A stretch of DNA of 64,000 bases, taken from an uncultured Acidobacteriaceae bacterium. Lineage in GTDB: Bacteria; Acidobacteriota; Terriglobia; Terriglobales; Acidobacteriaceae. The notes under the pieces are model-generated. The model was not told the DNA's origin and ran no database searches. It was given only the letters and a program-made list of their open reading frames with translations. Both the position numbers and the translations under genes were made by a program. Shown here in pieces: positions 40,616-50,394 of the stretch. The stretch covers positions 429,590-493,589 of the forward strand of contig CAVVOS010000006.1 of assembly GCA_963749985.1 (NCBI GenBank), in the 5' to 3' direction. The stretch's first letter is position 1. Every line of letters starts with the position of its first letter.

Positions 40616-41929
40616 ATGGCAACTCTGGTTTCCCATCCCGATGAGGTAAAGGTCGTTAGCCGACGCTTTGGTCTGGGCGCGACGAACATCGATCGTTATC
40701 TCGAGCTGGACGGCTACAAAGCCGTGCAGAAGGCGCTTGGGATGGACGCGGACGGCATTATTAATGAGGTGAAGAATTCGGGACTGCGCGGGCGCGGCGG
40801 GGCCGGGTTTTCGACCGGGATGAAGTGGTCATTTGTACCGAAGCAATCGGCTAAGCCGAAGTATGTGCTGTGCAACGGCGACGAGAGCGAACCGGGCACT
40901 TGCAAAGATCGGCTGATTTTTGAGCAGGATCCGCACTCGGTGATCGAAGGAGTGATGATTGCCGCGCTGGCAGTGGGCGCAGCCAGCGGGTATATCTACA
41001 TTCGCGGCGAATATCGATATTTGTCGATCATCATGCAGAAGGCGATTCGCGAGGCCTATGCCAAGGGCTTTGTTGGCAAGAACATTTTTGGCAGCGGGCG
41101 CGATCTGGATATTTACTGGCACGGGGGAGCCGGGGCTTACGAAGTGGGCGAGGAATCGGCGTTAATGGAATCGCTCGAGGGCAAGCGCGGGATTCCGCGG
41201 ATTCGGCCACCGTTTCCGGCGGTGGTGGGACTGTGGGGCGGGCCTACCGTTATTAATAATGCGGAAACTTTGGCCAGCGTGCCGCACATTATTCTGGGGG
41301 GCGCGGATTGGTTTGCCAAGATTGGGACGCCGAAGAATGGCGGCACGCGGCTGTTCTGCTTGAGCGGCAATGTGGCGAAGCCTGGGGTTTACGAACTGCC
41401 GATGGGTTACAACTTGAAGAAGATGATTTACGAGGTGGGTGGCGGCATTCCGAACGGGCGCGCGCTGAAAGCCGTGGTGCCGGGCGGGGCGTCGTGTCCG
41501 TGCCTTACCGCCGACGAGGTCGATGTCAACATGGATTTCGATTCGCTGGCAAAGGCCGGTTCCATGCTGGGTTCCGGCGGCGTGGTGGTGATCGACGACA
41601 CGCAGTGCATTGTGAAGTTCGCGTTGCGGACGATGAAGTTCTATCAGCATGAAAGTTGCGGATGGTGCATTCCTTGCCGTGAAGGCACGGACTGGCTCAA
41701 GAAAACTCTGCTGCGAGTTCACTCCGGCGGCGGTGTGAAGAAAGACATCGACAACATGCAATACCTGGCGGAGAACATGCTGGGGAGGACGTTCTGTCCG
41801 CTGGGCGATGCGGCCGCGATGCCGACGATTGCGTTCGTGAAAAAATTCCGGAAGGAATTTGAGGATCATTTGGAAGGCAGGCCGTGCCCGTATGAAAAGG
41901 CTGGCATGGCGGAAGCGGTGTTGGCGTAG
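40616..41929 (+). CDS. nuoF: NADH-quinone oxidoreductase subunit F
   Basis: GLRGRGGAGFSTGMKWSF (FMN/NADH site). ESCGWCIPCREG (4Fe-4S N3). Confidence 0.97.
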   Translation: MATLVSHPDEVKVVSRRFGLGATNIDRYLELDGYKAVQKALGMDADGIINEVKNSGLRGRGGAGFSTGMKWSFVPKQSAKPKYVLCNGDESEPGTCKDRLIFEQDPHSVIEGVMIAALAVGAASGYIYIRGEYRYLSIIMQKAIREAYAKGFVGKNIFGSGRDLDIYWHGGAGAYEVGEESALMESLEGKRGIPRIRPPFPAVVGLWGGPTVINNAETLASVPHIILGGADWFAKIGTPKNGGTRLFCLSGNVAKPGVYELPMGYNLKKMIYEVGGGIPNGRALKAVVPGGASCPCLTADEVDVNMDFDSLAKAGSMLGSGGVVVIDDTQCIVKFALRTMKFYQHESCGWCIPCREGTDWLKKTLLRVHSGGGVKKDIDNMQYLAENMLGRTFCPLGDAAAMPTIAFVKKFRKEFEDHLEGRPCPYEKAGMAEAVLA

Positions 41930-41934
41930 CGAGA

Positions 41935-41975
41935 CGATTTAGTAATTGGGAAATTTAGTAATTGAGTAATTTGGT
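41935..41975. repeat. AT-rich heptad element, left arm of cassette 3
   Basis: GATTTAGTAATTGGGAAATTTAGTAATTGAGTAATTTGGTG. Confidence 0.9.
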
Positions 41976-41983
41976 GTTGCGGT

Positions 41984-42343
41984 ATGCGTTCGCGACCTGA
42001 AGAGCTTCGAGATCGTACCAAGGCTTTTGCTCTTCGTGTCATTCGGCTGTTTCGCTCGTTGCCGTATAAGACCGATACTCAAGTCTTAGGCAAACAGCTT
42101 TTGCGTTGCGGGACTTCGGTGGCGGCGAACTACCGGGCCGTTTGTCGCGCACGATCGAAAGCGGAGTTCGTAGCCCGCTTGGGAATTGTGGCGGAGGAGG
42201 CGGACGAAGCGGTGCTGTGGCTCGAATTGCTGATCGAATCAGGAATTCTAAAGTCGGAGATGACAGAAGAGATCTTGAAAGAGGCCCGAGAGCTAGCGGC
42301 AATACTGACTGCGTCTCGGGAAACGGCGAGGAAGGCGGCTTGA
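41984..42343 (+). CDS. Four-helix-bundle protein (23S rRNA IVS / Avd-like family), copy 3
   Basis: 119 aa. LRDRTKAFALRVIRLFRSLPYKTDTQVLGKQLLRCGTSVAANYRAVCRARSKAEFVARLGIVAEEADEAVLWLELL. Confidence 0.88.
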   Translation: MRSRPEELRDRTKAFALRVIRLFRSLPYKTDTQVLGKQLLRCGTSVAANYRAVCRARSKAEFVARLGIVAEEADEAVLWLELLIESGILKSEMTEEILKEARELAAILTASRETARKAA

Positions 42344-42345
42344 TG

Positions 42346-42387
42346 TCAAATTACTCAATTACTAAATTGCCCAATTACTAAATTCCC
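42346..42387. repeat. AT-rich heptad element, right arm of cassette 3 (inverted)
   Basis: TCAAATTACTCAATTACTAAATTGCCCAATTACTAAATTCCC. Ends at the nuoG ATG. Confidence 0.9.
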
Positions 42388-44745
42388 ATGGCTGACGTAA
42401 CACTCACTGTCGACGGCAAGAAGGTGACGGCTCCGGCCGGGACGCTCCTTATTGAGGCCTGCAAGAGCGCGGGCATCGAGGTGCCTTCGTTTTGCTATTA
42501 CCCCAACCTGTCGCTGCAGGGCGCTTGCCGCATGTGTTTGGTGAAGATTGAGAAGATGCCCAAGCTGCAGACCGCATGCACGACGGTGATCAGCGAAGGC
42601 ATGATCGTGACTTCCGACAGCGACGAGATCAAGCAGGCGCGGAAGGCGATGCTGGAGATGCTGCTGGGGAATCATCCCCTGGATTGTCCGGTGTGCGATG
42701 CAGGCGGCGAGTGCGAACTGCAGGACATGACGTTCAGTTACGGCGCCGCCGAGTCGAGATTCATGGAGGCGAAGAATCATAAGGATGAGCAGCAGTGGTC
42801 GCCGGTGGTGTTCTTCGACCGGCCGCGCTGCATTCTCTGCTACCGCTGCGTGCGGGTTTGCGGCGAAGGCATGGACGTTTGGGCTCTGGGGGTGCAGAAC
42901 CGCGGCGTGAGTTCGATCATCGCGCCGAATAAAGAGGATCACCTGGAGTGCGAAGAGTGCGGGATGTGCATCGACATCTGCCCGGTGGGCGCGCTGACTT
43001 CGGGCGCGTATCGCTACAAGACGCGGCCGTGGGAGATGAAGCATGTGGGGACGATCTGCACGCACTGTGGTGACGGCTGCAAGACCACGCTGGGCGTGCG
43101 CCGCGCCGATACGGGGATGGAGATTGTGCGAGGCGATAATCGCGATAAGAGCGGCACGAACGGAGATTTCCTGTGTATTAAGGGGCGGTACGGGTTTGAC
43201 TTTGCGAATCATGAAGAGCGGCTGACGCGGCCGCTGATTCGCGTGAACGGCAAGCTCACTCCGGCGACGTGGGAAGAAGCGTTTGCAGTGATCGGCAAGA
43301 AGTTTGCGGAAGTGCGCGACCGCGATGGCGGGGCGGCGATTGGGGTGATTGGTTCAACGCGCACGACAAACGAAGAAGCCTACCTGCTTTCCAAGTTTGC
43401 GCGAGTGGTGCTGAAGACTAATAATGTGGACCACCACCGTACCGCCGACTTCCCTGCCCTGGCGGCTGCGCTTCGCGGCAAGGCTGATGCGACGGCGAGC
43501 ATGGCGGACGTTTTTGCAGCTCCGGCCATTCTGCTGATTGGGAACGATCCGACGGAGCAGCATCCGCTGCTGGCCTGGCAGATTCGTAACAACGTGCGGC
43601 TTCACCGGGCGAAGCTTTACGTGATCAACTCGAAGTCGATCAAATTGCGGCGGCAGGCTGCGAGCTTTATGCAGATTCCCGCGGAAGCGGAAGGGAGAGT
43701 TGCGGCGTTCCTGGCGGGCGATGATTCGGCGGCGGATGCGCTGGTTAGTTCGTCCGCGGGTAATGACGTCTGGGTTGCGCTGCGTGACAAGCTGCGCGGG
43801 GAACAGAATCTGGTTATCGTTTTCGGTTCCGAAGTGCGGGGAGACGACCTGGCGAGTCTGGTGAAGTTCGGGTCAGAAATCTCCGGAGCCAAGTTTATTT
43901 GCCTGGCGGACTATGCCAATTCCCGTGGCGCGGCTGACATGGGGTTGTATCCCGACTTGCTGCCGGGATATCACCCGACGGCGGGGAACAGCGAGTTCCA
44001 CAAGGAATGGGGCGACGTGCCGCAGGGTGCGGGGCTTGATCTGGCGGGCATGGTTGAGGCGGGAAGATCGGGCGCGTTGAAGGCGCTCTACGTCGTCGGG
44101 TCGAATCCGGTGGGACGGTTGGAGATCGATCCGTTCGCATTCTCGAAGAGTTTCGTGGTGGTGCAGGACATGTTTCTGACGGAGACGGCGGTGGTGGCTG
44201 ACGTGGTGCTGCCGGCGGCGAATGCTTACGAGAAGTCAGGCACGTTCACCAACACTTGCGGGGACGTGCAACTGGTAAAGAAGGCCGGCGAAGTCACGGG
44301 CACGAAAACCGATTTCGAGATGATTGTGCGCATGGCCGATGCCATGGGTTTCGATGTGCGTGGACTCGTGCCCTTCGGCGGTGGAACGCACGCGGACATG
44401 GGCCAGTCTCGCGGGGCGCAGTCGGGCGAGGCGGATCGGCATGCGGTGTGGCTGGAGGCGCACGGGCTGGAGCCGAAGATGAGCCCGTTCGACCCCACGG
44501 CGATTCTGGATGAAATTCAGCGGCTGGTTCCGGGCTATGACGTGTCCCGCATGAATTTGCTGGCGGGCAACAGCGAGCATACGTCGCTGGAGAAAGCTGG
44601 GCCGGGGGTTGCGCACAGGGCGGAATCGATTGCTCCGGCGAACGATGATCTTTTTACTTCTGGAACGCTGGGACGGTATTCGCGAGCGCTGAAGGCAGTG
44701 ATGGAGAGTCACGAGGTGAAGCCGGCGGCGGTTGCGGCGGACTGA
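42388..44745 (+). CDS. nuoG: NADH-quinone oxidoreductase subunit G
   Basis: 2Fe-2S and 4Fe-4S motifs (FCYYPNLSLQGACRMCLV; HPLDCPVCDAGGECELQ; CILCYRCVRVC; CGMCIDICPVGAL) plus a molybdopterin-oxidoreductase-like domain. Confidence 0.96.
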   Translation: MADVTLTVDGKKVTAPAGTLLIEACKSAGIEVPSFCYYPNLSLQGACRMCLVKIEKMPKLQTACTTVISEGMIVTSDSDEIKQARKAMLEMLLGNHPLDCPVCDAGGECELQDMTFSYGAAESRFMEAKNHKDEQQWSPVVFFDRPRCILCYRCVRVCGEGMDVWALGVQNRGVSSIIAPNKEDHLECEECGMCIDICPVGALTSGAYRYKTRPWEMKHVGTICTHCGDGCKTTLGVRRADTGMEIVRGDNRDKSGTNGDFLCIKGRYGFDFANHEERLTRPLIRVNGKLTPATWEEAFAVIGKKFAEVRDRDGGAAIGVIGSTRTTNEEAYLLSKFARVVLKTNNVDHHRTADFPALAAALRGKADATASMADVFAAPAILLIGNDPTEQHPLLAWQIRNNVRLHRAKLYVINSKSIKLRRQAASFMQIPAEAEGRVAAFLAGDDSAADALVSSSAGNDVWVALRDKLRGEQNLVIVFGSEVRGDDLASLVKFGSEISGAKFICLADYANSRGAADMGLYPDLLPGYHPTAGNSEFHKEWGDVPQGAGLDLAGMVEAGRSGALKALYVVGSNPVGRLEIDPFAFSKSFVVVQDMFLTETAVVADVVLPAANAYEKSGTFTNTCGDVQLVKKAGEVTGTKTDFEMIVRMADAMGFDVRGLVPFGGGTHADMGQSRGAQSGEADRHAVWLEAHGLEPKMSPFDPTAILDEIQRLVPGYDVSRMNLLAGNSEHTSLEKAGPGVAHRAESIAPANDDLFTSGTLGRYSRALKAVMESHEVKPAAVAAD

Positions 44746-44748
44746 AAA

Positions 44749-44885
44749 GATTTAGTAATTGAGTAATTTTGTAATTGGGTAATTTGAAACCCAAAATCTG
44801 CGCGTGACGAAAGGAAGGTATAGGGAATTAAGGCGAAATCGTTTTTTCCATTACAAAATTACTAAATTACCCCAATTACCCAATC
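44749..44885. repeat. Gene-less inverted pair of AT-rich heptad arms with ~60-nt centre
   Basis: GATTTAGTAATTGAGTAATTTTGTAATTGGGTAATTTGA (44749-44787) ... CCATTACAAAATTACTAAATTACCCCAATTACCCAATC (44848-44885), in the nuoG-nuoH spacer. Confidence 0.92.
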
Positions 44886-44891
44886 AAACCA

Positions 44892-45929
44892 ATGCCGGTG
44901 CCTTTTTACATTTTCATCCTCGTGTCGGTGATCAAGTCGGTGATCGTGCTCGTGGTGCTGCTCACCGCGGTCGCATACACGGTGTGGCTGGAACGCAAAG
45001 TTGTGGGCCACATGCAGAATCGGTGGGGACCCTCGCGGGTGGGGCCGTTTGGGCTGCTGCAGCCGGCGGCCGACGGACTGAAGTTCCTGTTCAAAGAAGA
45101 TCTCACGCCGCCGCACGTTTACAAGCCGCTGTTTCTGGCTGCGCCAATGATGGCGCTGATCTTCGCGCTGACTTCGATCTCGGTAATCCCTTTTGGAAAT
45201 TCGATTACGATTGGCGGCTTAAACATTCCGCTGCAAATCACCGACGTGAACATTGGGCTGCTGCTGATTCTGGGCGTGACCTCGATGGGCGTGTATGGAG
45301 TGGCGCTGGCGGGGTGGTCGTCGAACAATAAATACTCGTTGCTGGGCGGACTGCGGGCGAGCGCGCAGATGATCAGCTACGAAATTGCGCTGGGACTGTC
45401 GCTGGTGGGGGTGTTAATTCAGTCGGGAAGCTTCAGCTTGCGCGCGATCGTCGATGCGCAGGGCGGACATTTCTGGGGATTCATTCCGCGCTGGAATATT
45501 ATTCACGGGCAGTTCATTGGTTTTTTTATTTACTTGATTGCGGCTTACGCGGAAACCAACCGTATTCCATTTGACCTGCCGGAGGCCGAAACCGAACTGG
45601 TGGCGGGATACCACACGGAATACAGTTCGATGAAGTTTGCCATGTTCTTCATGGCGGAATACGCCAACATGATTACGGTGGCTTGCGTGGCCACGCTGTT
45701 GTTTTTTGGAGGATGGCATGGGCCGCTGTTTGGGCCTCCGCTGCTGCAGGCGTTGCTGCCGGTATTCTGGTTTGCGGCAAAGATTTTCTGTTTTCTCTTT
45801 CTTTACATCTGGGTGCGCGGGACGTTGCCGCGCTTCCGTTACGACCAACTGATGGCTTTCGGCTGGAAGTTTCTGCTGCCGCTGGCAATTGCGAATCTGG
45901 TGGCGACGGCGATTGCCGTGGCCTGGTGA
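44892..45929 (+). CDS. nuoH: NADH-quinone oxidoreductase subunit H
   Basis: ERKVVGHMQNRWGPSRVGPFGLLQPAADGLKF...AETNRIPFDLPEAETELVAGYHTEYS. Confidence 0.96.
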   Translation: MPVPFYIFILVSVIKSVIVLVVLLTAVAYTVWLERKVVGHMQNRWGPSRVGPFGLLQPAADGLKFLFKEDLTPPHVYKPLFLAAPMMALIFALTSISVIPFGNSITIGGLNIPLQITDVNIGLLLILGVTSMGVYGVALAGWSSNNKYSLLGGLRASAQMISYEIALGLSLVGVLIQSGSFSLRAIVDAQGGHFWGFIPRWNIIHGQFIGFFIYLIAAYAETNRIPFDLPEAETELVAGYHTEYSSMKFAMFFMAEYANMITVACVATLLFFGGWHGPLFGPPLLQALLPVFWFAAKIFCFLFLYIWVRGTLPRFRYDQLMAFGWKFLLPLAIANLVATAIAVAW

Positions 45930-46107
45930 GGCAGTACTCAGTCCCGAGTACCTAGTGCCCAGTACGACCGGGTGCTTGATTACTGCCGGGTACTGGGTAC
46001 TGGGTACTTGCTATGAGACAGTTGCCAGTACCTAGTACCCAGTTGCCAGTAGAGGCACTGGGCTTTGGTTTACTTGCGACTGGGTACTGGCAACTGGGTA
46101 CTGATTC
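45930..46107. repeat. CCAGTAC/CCAGTTG-motif repeat block occupying the position where nuoI is expected
   Basis: GGGTACTGGGTACTGGGTACTTG...CAGTTGCCAGTACCTAGTACCCAGTTGCCAGTAG...ACTGGGTACTGGCAACTGGGTACTG. 178 bp with no ferredoxin-type ORF. Confidence 0.85.
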
Positions 46108-46626
46108 ATGAGTTTTCATCTCATTTTGTTTCTGGCTTTCGGGGCGGTTTGCGTGGGCGGGGCGGTCAACCTGCTGGCGCAGCGGCATCCCATTAACAGC
46201 GCGCTGTCGCTGATCGCGGTGATGGCTGCGCTGGCCGGCGAATATCTTTTGCTGGGCGCGGAGTTCGTGGCTGCGGTGCAGGTGATTGTGTATGCCGGCG
46301 CGATTATGGTGCTGTTCGTCTTTGTCATTATGCTGCTGAATGCGGGCGAAGAAGAGCGTACGAAAGGAAGCCGTGTCGCGATTCTGCTGGGTGTGCCGGG
46401 GATGCTGACGGGCAGCATACTGACGGCGTGGGTGGTGCTGCGGCATTCGGGGACTGAGGCTGTGCCGATCGGTGCATTGCCGGGACCTCCGAAAGAGATC
46501 GCGCAGCTTCTGTTTCATGAATTTCTGTTGCCGTTTGAAGTCACGTCGGTGTTAATCCTGATCGCCATCATGGGCGCCGTGGTGCTGGCGAGCAGGCCGG
46601 ACTCTGCGGCCGGGAAGGCGGACTGA
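46108..46626 (+). CDS. nuoJ: NADH-quinone oxidoreductase subunit J
   Basis: 172-aa membrane protein. [48 protein letters not shown]. Confidence 0.93.
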   Translation: MSFHLILFLAFGAVCVGGAVNLLAQRHPINSALSLIAVMAALAGEYLLLGAEFVAAVQVIVYAGAIMVLFVFVIMLLNAGEEERTKGSRVAILLGVPGMLTGSILTAWVVLRHSGTEAVPIGALPGPPKEIAQLLFHEFLLPFEVTSVLILIAIMGAVVLASRPDSAAGKAD

Positions 46627-46940
46627 TGGTGCAATCGTATGTGCCGCTATCTTATTACTTGCTGCTGAGCGGGTTCCTGTTTGCCTGCGGCGTGGTGGGA
46701 TTTCTGATCAAGCGCAACATCATCACCATCTTCATGTCGATTGAGCTGATGTTGAACGGGGTGAATCTTTCCTTCGTGGCGTTCGCGGCGCACTGGCATG
46801 CGCTGGCGGGGCAGGTTTTCGTCTTCTTTGTGATGGTGGTGGCGGCAGCGGAGGCGGCGGTTGGGTTGGCGATCATCATCGCGGTTTACCGCACGCGCGA
46901 GACTTTGAACGTGGATCAGGTGAACCTGCTCAAGCTATGA
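46626..46940 (+). CDS. nuoK: NADH-quinone oxidoreductase subunit K
   Basis: TGATG overlap with nuo[19 protein letters not shown]...[17 protein letters not shown]. Confidence 0.95.
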   Translation: MVQSYVPLSYYLLLSGFLFACGVVGFLIKRNIITIFMSIELMLNGVNLSFVAFAAHWHALAGQVFVFFVMVVAAAEAAVGLAIIIAVYRTRETLNVDQVNLLKL

Positions 46941-48874
46941 ATTCATCCCTCAATCTTTGGCTGATCCCGATTCTGCCGCTGGCGGGGGCTGCGATCAACG
47001 GCTTTCTGGGCAAGAAGTCGTCGCGCCAGGCTGTGACGACTGTCGCGCTGTTCTTTAGCGGGGCGGCTTTCGCGATGGCGTTTTGGGTTGCGCTGCGCTT
47101 CTCGTCGTTGACGCTTCCCTACCACGAGTATCTGGCGCACTGGATTCGTTCGGGGAGTTTCAGCGCGGATTTCGCCTTCTATCTCGATCAGCTTTCGCTG
47201 GTGATGTTGCTGGTGGTGACCGGAGTCGGATTCCTGATTCACATCTACTCTGTGGGCTACATGTGGGACGACCCCAGCTACTATCGATTTTTCAGCTATC
47301 TGAACCTGTTCATGTTTTTCATGCTGACGCTGGTGCTGGCCAACAACTATCTGGTGATGTTTATCGGGTGGGAGGGCGTGGGACTGGCGTCGTATCTGCT
47401 GATCGGATTCTGGTTCACGAAAGACTCGGCGGCATCGGCGGGGAAAAAGGCGTTCATCGTAAACCGGATTGGGGATTTCGGGTTTCTGATTGCGCTTTTT
47501 CTGCTGATCAAGCATTTTAAGTCGCTGAACTTTGACCAGGTATTTCAGAGCATCTCTCCGATGAGCCCGGAAACCGCGGGCACCGGGCTGCTCACAGCGA
47601 TCGGCATTTTGCTGATGGTGGGGGCTTGCGGAAAGTCAGCGCAGATACCTTTATATATCTGGCTGCCGGACGCGATGGAAGGTCCAACGCCGGTTTCGGC
47701 ATTGATTCACGCGGCGACCATGGTGACGGCTGGCGTGTACATGGTTGCGCGCTCGCATGTGATCTTTGAGCGCGCGCCCACGGCATTGACCGTTGTGGCG
47801 ATCATCGGGACGCTGACCGCGTTCTTTGCCGCGACGATCGGCATCGCGCAAACCGATATTAAAAAGGTGCTGGCCTACTCGACCGTTTCGCAGCTCGGCT
47901 ACATGTTTGTGGCTTGCGGCGTGGGCGCGTTCTCGGCTGGGATTTTCCATTTGATGACACATGCCTTCTTCAAAGGACTGCTGTTCCTGGCGGCGGGATC
48001 GGTGATTCATGCGGTGGGCGGCGAGCAGGACATGCGCAAGATGGGCGGGCTGAAGTCGTTTATCCCGTGGACGTTTCTCACGATGGGGATCGCGACACTG
48101 GCGATCTCCGGGATCCCGCCGCTGGCGGGCTTCTGGAGCAAAGACGAAATTCTCTGGAAGGCTTACCAGGTCAGCTGGGTGTATTGGCTGATCGGACTGA
48201 TTACGGCATTCATCACGTCATTTTACATGTTCCGACTGTTGTACATGACGTTCTTCGGCGACTATCACGGGGTGCAGGTGGACACGCACGGGCACGGACA
48301 CGACGCCCATGGACATGGCGAACCACACGAGAGTCCGATGGTGATGCTGGTGCCCCTGATGATCCTGGCGGCGCTTTCGCTGGTGGGCGGGCTGGTGGGG
48401 ATCGGAAACCGCTTCGAACATTTTCTGGCACCAGTGTTTGGCGCGACGGACGCTGTGGAAGGGGCAAGTCACGGAACAGAGGTGCTGCTGATGGGCGTGT
48501 CCGTGGCAGTGGCGCTTTCGGGATGGTGGCTGGCATATCTTCTCTATTACAAGCGGCCGGAATTGCCGCAGAAGATTGCGGACGCGCTCGGCGGGTTCTA
48601 CCAGACGGTCGTGCACAAATACTACGTGGACGAAATCTACGCAGCGGTGTTCGTCAAGCCGCTGATCGATGGCTCGACGCGAATCCTTTGGCAGGACGTG
48701 GACCGGAAAATTATCGATGCGGCGGTGAATGACGCCGGCGACGGAGCACGCCATGTTTCCGACGAAGCGCGCCATATGCAATCCGGCAACATTCGCTCGT
48801 ATGCGGGCTGGATCGCGGCCGGGTCGGCGGTGGTGATTGCCTTCATGATCTGGATGTGGACGGGAACGCGATGA
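46937..48874 (+). CDS. nuoL: NADH-quinone oxidoreductase subunit L
   Basis: 645-aa antiporter-like subunit. ATGA overlap with nuo[16 protein letters not shown]...[36 protein letters not shown]. Confidence 0.96.
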   Translation: MNSSLNLWLIPILPLAGAAINGFLGKKSSRQAVTTVALFFSGAAFAMAFWVALRFSSLTLPYHEYLAHWIRSGSFSADFAFYLDQLSLVMLLVVTGVGFLIHIYSVGYMWDDPSYYRFFSYLNLFMFFMLTLVLANNYLVMFIGWEGVGLASYLLIGFWFTKDSAASAGKKAFIVNRIGDFGFLIALFLLIKHFKSLNFDQVFQSISPMSPETAGTGLLTAIGILLMVGACGKSAQIPLYIWLPDAMEGPTPVSALIHAATMVTAGVYMVARSHVIFERAPTALTVVAIIGTLTAFFAATIGIAQTDIKKVLAYSTVSQLGYMFVACGVGAFSAGIFHLMTHAFFKGLLFLAAGSVIHAVGGEQDMRKMGGLKSFIPWTFLTMGIATLAISGIPPLAGFWSKDEILWKAYQVSWVYWLIGLITAFITSFYMFRLLYMTFFGDYHGVQVDTHGHGHDAHGHGEPHESPMVMLVPLMILAALSLVGGLVGIGNRFEHFLAPVFGATDAVEGASHGTEVLLMGVSVAVALSGWWLAYLLYYKRPELPQKIADALGGFYQTVVHKYYVDEIYAAVFVKPLIDGSTRILWQDVDRKIIDAAVNDAGDGARHVSDEARHMQSGNIRSYAGWIAAGSAVVIAFMIWMWTGTR

Positions 48875-50394
48875 ACGCCGACACCTGGAGCCCATACATT
48901 CTCTCGCTGGTGACGTTCGCTCCCTTGCTGGGCGGATTCCTGCTCGTATTTTTTCCCAGACGCGACCGCGACATCCGGGCTTTTGCGCTGGTCATCTCGT
49001 TGCTGACGTTTGTGTTGTCTCTGCATCTGCCAGTTTATTTCCATCGCGGACAGGCTGGTTTTCAGTATCAAATCGACAAGCAGTGGGTTTCGACTCCGAA
49101 TATTCACTACCACATGGGAGTCGACGGTATCTCAATGTGGCTGGTGGTGCTGACCACATTTCTTACGCCGCTGTGCGTGCTGATTTCGTGGAAGTCGATT
49201 CACGAGCGGGCGAAGGAATTTTTTATCCTGCTGCTGATTTTGGAGACGGCGCTGATCGGGGTTTTCACCTCGCTCGACCTGTTCCTCTTCTATTTCTTCT
49301 GGGAAGCGACGCTGATTCCGATGGCGTTGCTGATTGGGATTTTCGGTCACGGGCGCAAGGTGTATGCGGCGGTAAAGTTTTTCATGTACACCATGATCGG
49401 GTCGGTGTTCATGCTGGCGGCGATCCTGTGGCTTTACGCGCATACCGGCAGCTTCGACTTTGTGGTGATTCGGGAACAGATTGCGAGTGGCGCTGTGCCT
49501 GGGTTTCCAGCCGCGGCGCAGTGGTTGTTCCTTGGATTCTTTCTGGCGTTTGCGGTGAAGGTTCCGCTGTTTCCTTTTCATACGTGGTTGCCGGATGCGC
49601 ACGTGGAAGCGCCGACTGCCGGGTCCGTGCTGCTGGCGGGCGTCTTGCTCAAGATGGGGACGTATGGACTGCTGCGCTTTAATCTTGGGCTGTTTCCCGA
49701 GCAGTCGCGGCACAATGCTCCATGGGTGATGGCACTGGCGTTGATTGGGATCATCTACGGCGCGCTGGTTGCAATGGTGCAGCCGAACATGAAGAAGTTG
49801 ATTGCGTACTCATCGGTCAGCCATCTGGGATTCGTGGTGCTGGGGATCTTCAGCTTCACGCAGGCCGGACTGGACGGCGCGATGTTCGTGATGCTGGCGC
49901 ACGGGATTTCGACGGGCGGGCTATTCATGCTGGCGGGGATTCTGCATGAGCGCCGTCACACCTATGAGATTAGCGAGTTCGGCGGACTGGCTTCAACGAT
50001 GCCGGTGTACGCCGCGTCGTATCTGGTGATCGTGCTGGCATCGGCGGGGCTGCCTTTGTTGAACGGCTTCATTGGGGAATTTCTAGTGTTAAGCGGAGCG
50101 TTCCAAGACAAGGCGATCTACGGAATACTCGGAGCCACCGGCATTATTTGGAGCGCGATCTACTTGCTGTGGATGTATCAGCGAGTTTTCTACGGCAAGG
50201 TGACGCACTCGGTGAACAATTCTCTCAGCGATCTTTCGGGATTTGAGAAGCTGGCGATTTGGCCTTGCGCCGCGGCGGCGCTGGTGATGGGAATCGCGCC
50301 TATCTTGTGGCTGGGGGCGATTGGTCCGGCGGTTCACGCCGTGCTGAATCCCACTCCGTTCGTGCAAGTGGTCGGCCGGGTGGTGGGACAATGA
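48871..50394 (+). CDS. nuoM: NADH-quinone oxidoreductase subunit M
   Basis: ATGA overlap with the nuoL stop. FAVKVPLFPFHTWLPDAHVEAPTAGSVLLAGVLLKMGTYG. Confidence 0.96.
   Translation: MNADTWSPYILSLVTFAPLLGGFLLVFFPRRDRDIRAFALVISLLTFVLSLHLPVYFHRGQAGFQYQIDKQWVSTPNIHYHMGVDGISMWLVVLTTFLTPLCVLISWKSIHERAKEFFILLLILETALIGVFTSLDLFLFYFFWEATLIPMALLIGIFGHGRKVYAAVKFFMYTMIGSVFMLAAILWLYAHTGSFDFVVIREQIASGAVPGFPAAAQWLFLGFFLAFAVKVPLFPFHTWLPDAHVEAPTAGSVLLAGVLLKMGTYGLLRFNLGLFPEQSRHNAPWVMALALIGIIYGALVAMVQPNMKKLIAYSSVSHLGFVVLGIFSFTQAGLDGAMFVMLAHGISTGGLFMLAGILHERRHTYEISEFGGLASTMPVYAASYLVIVLASAGLPLLNGFIGEFLVLSGAFQDKAIYGILGATGIIWSAIYLLWMYQRVFYGKVTHSVNNSLSDLSGFEKLAIWPCAAAALVMGIAPILWLGAIGPAVHAVLNPTPFVQVVGRVVGQ

Noticed and set aside
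39647-42343. Diversity-generating retroelement, considered because the four-helix-bundle proteins are Avd-like.
   Set aside because: There is no reverse transcriptase ORF and no template/variable repeat pair with adenine-specific differences anywhere in the window.
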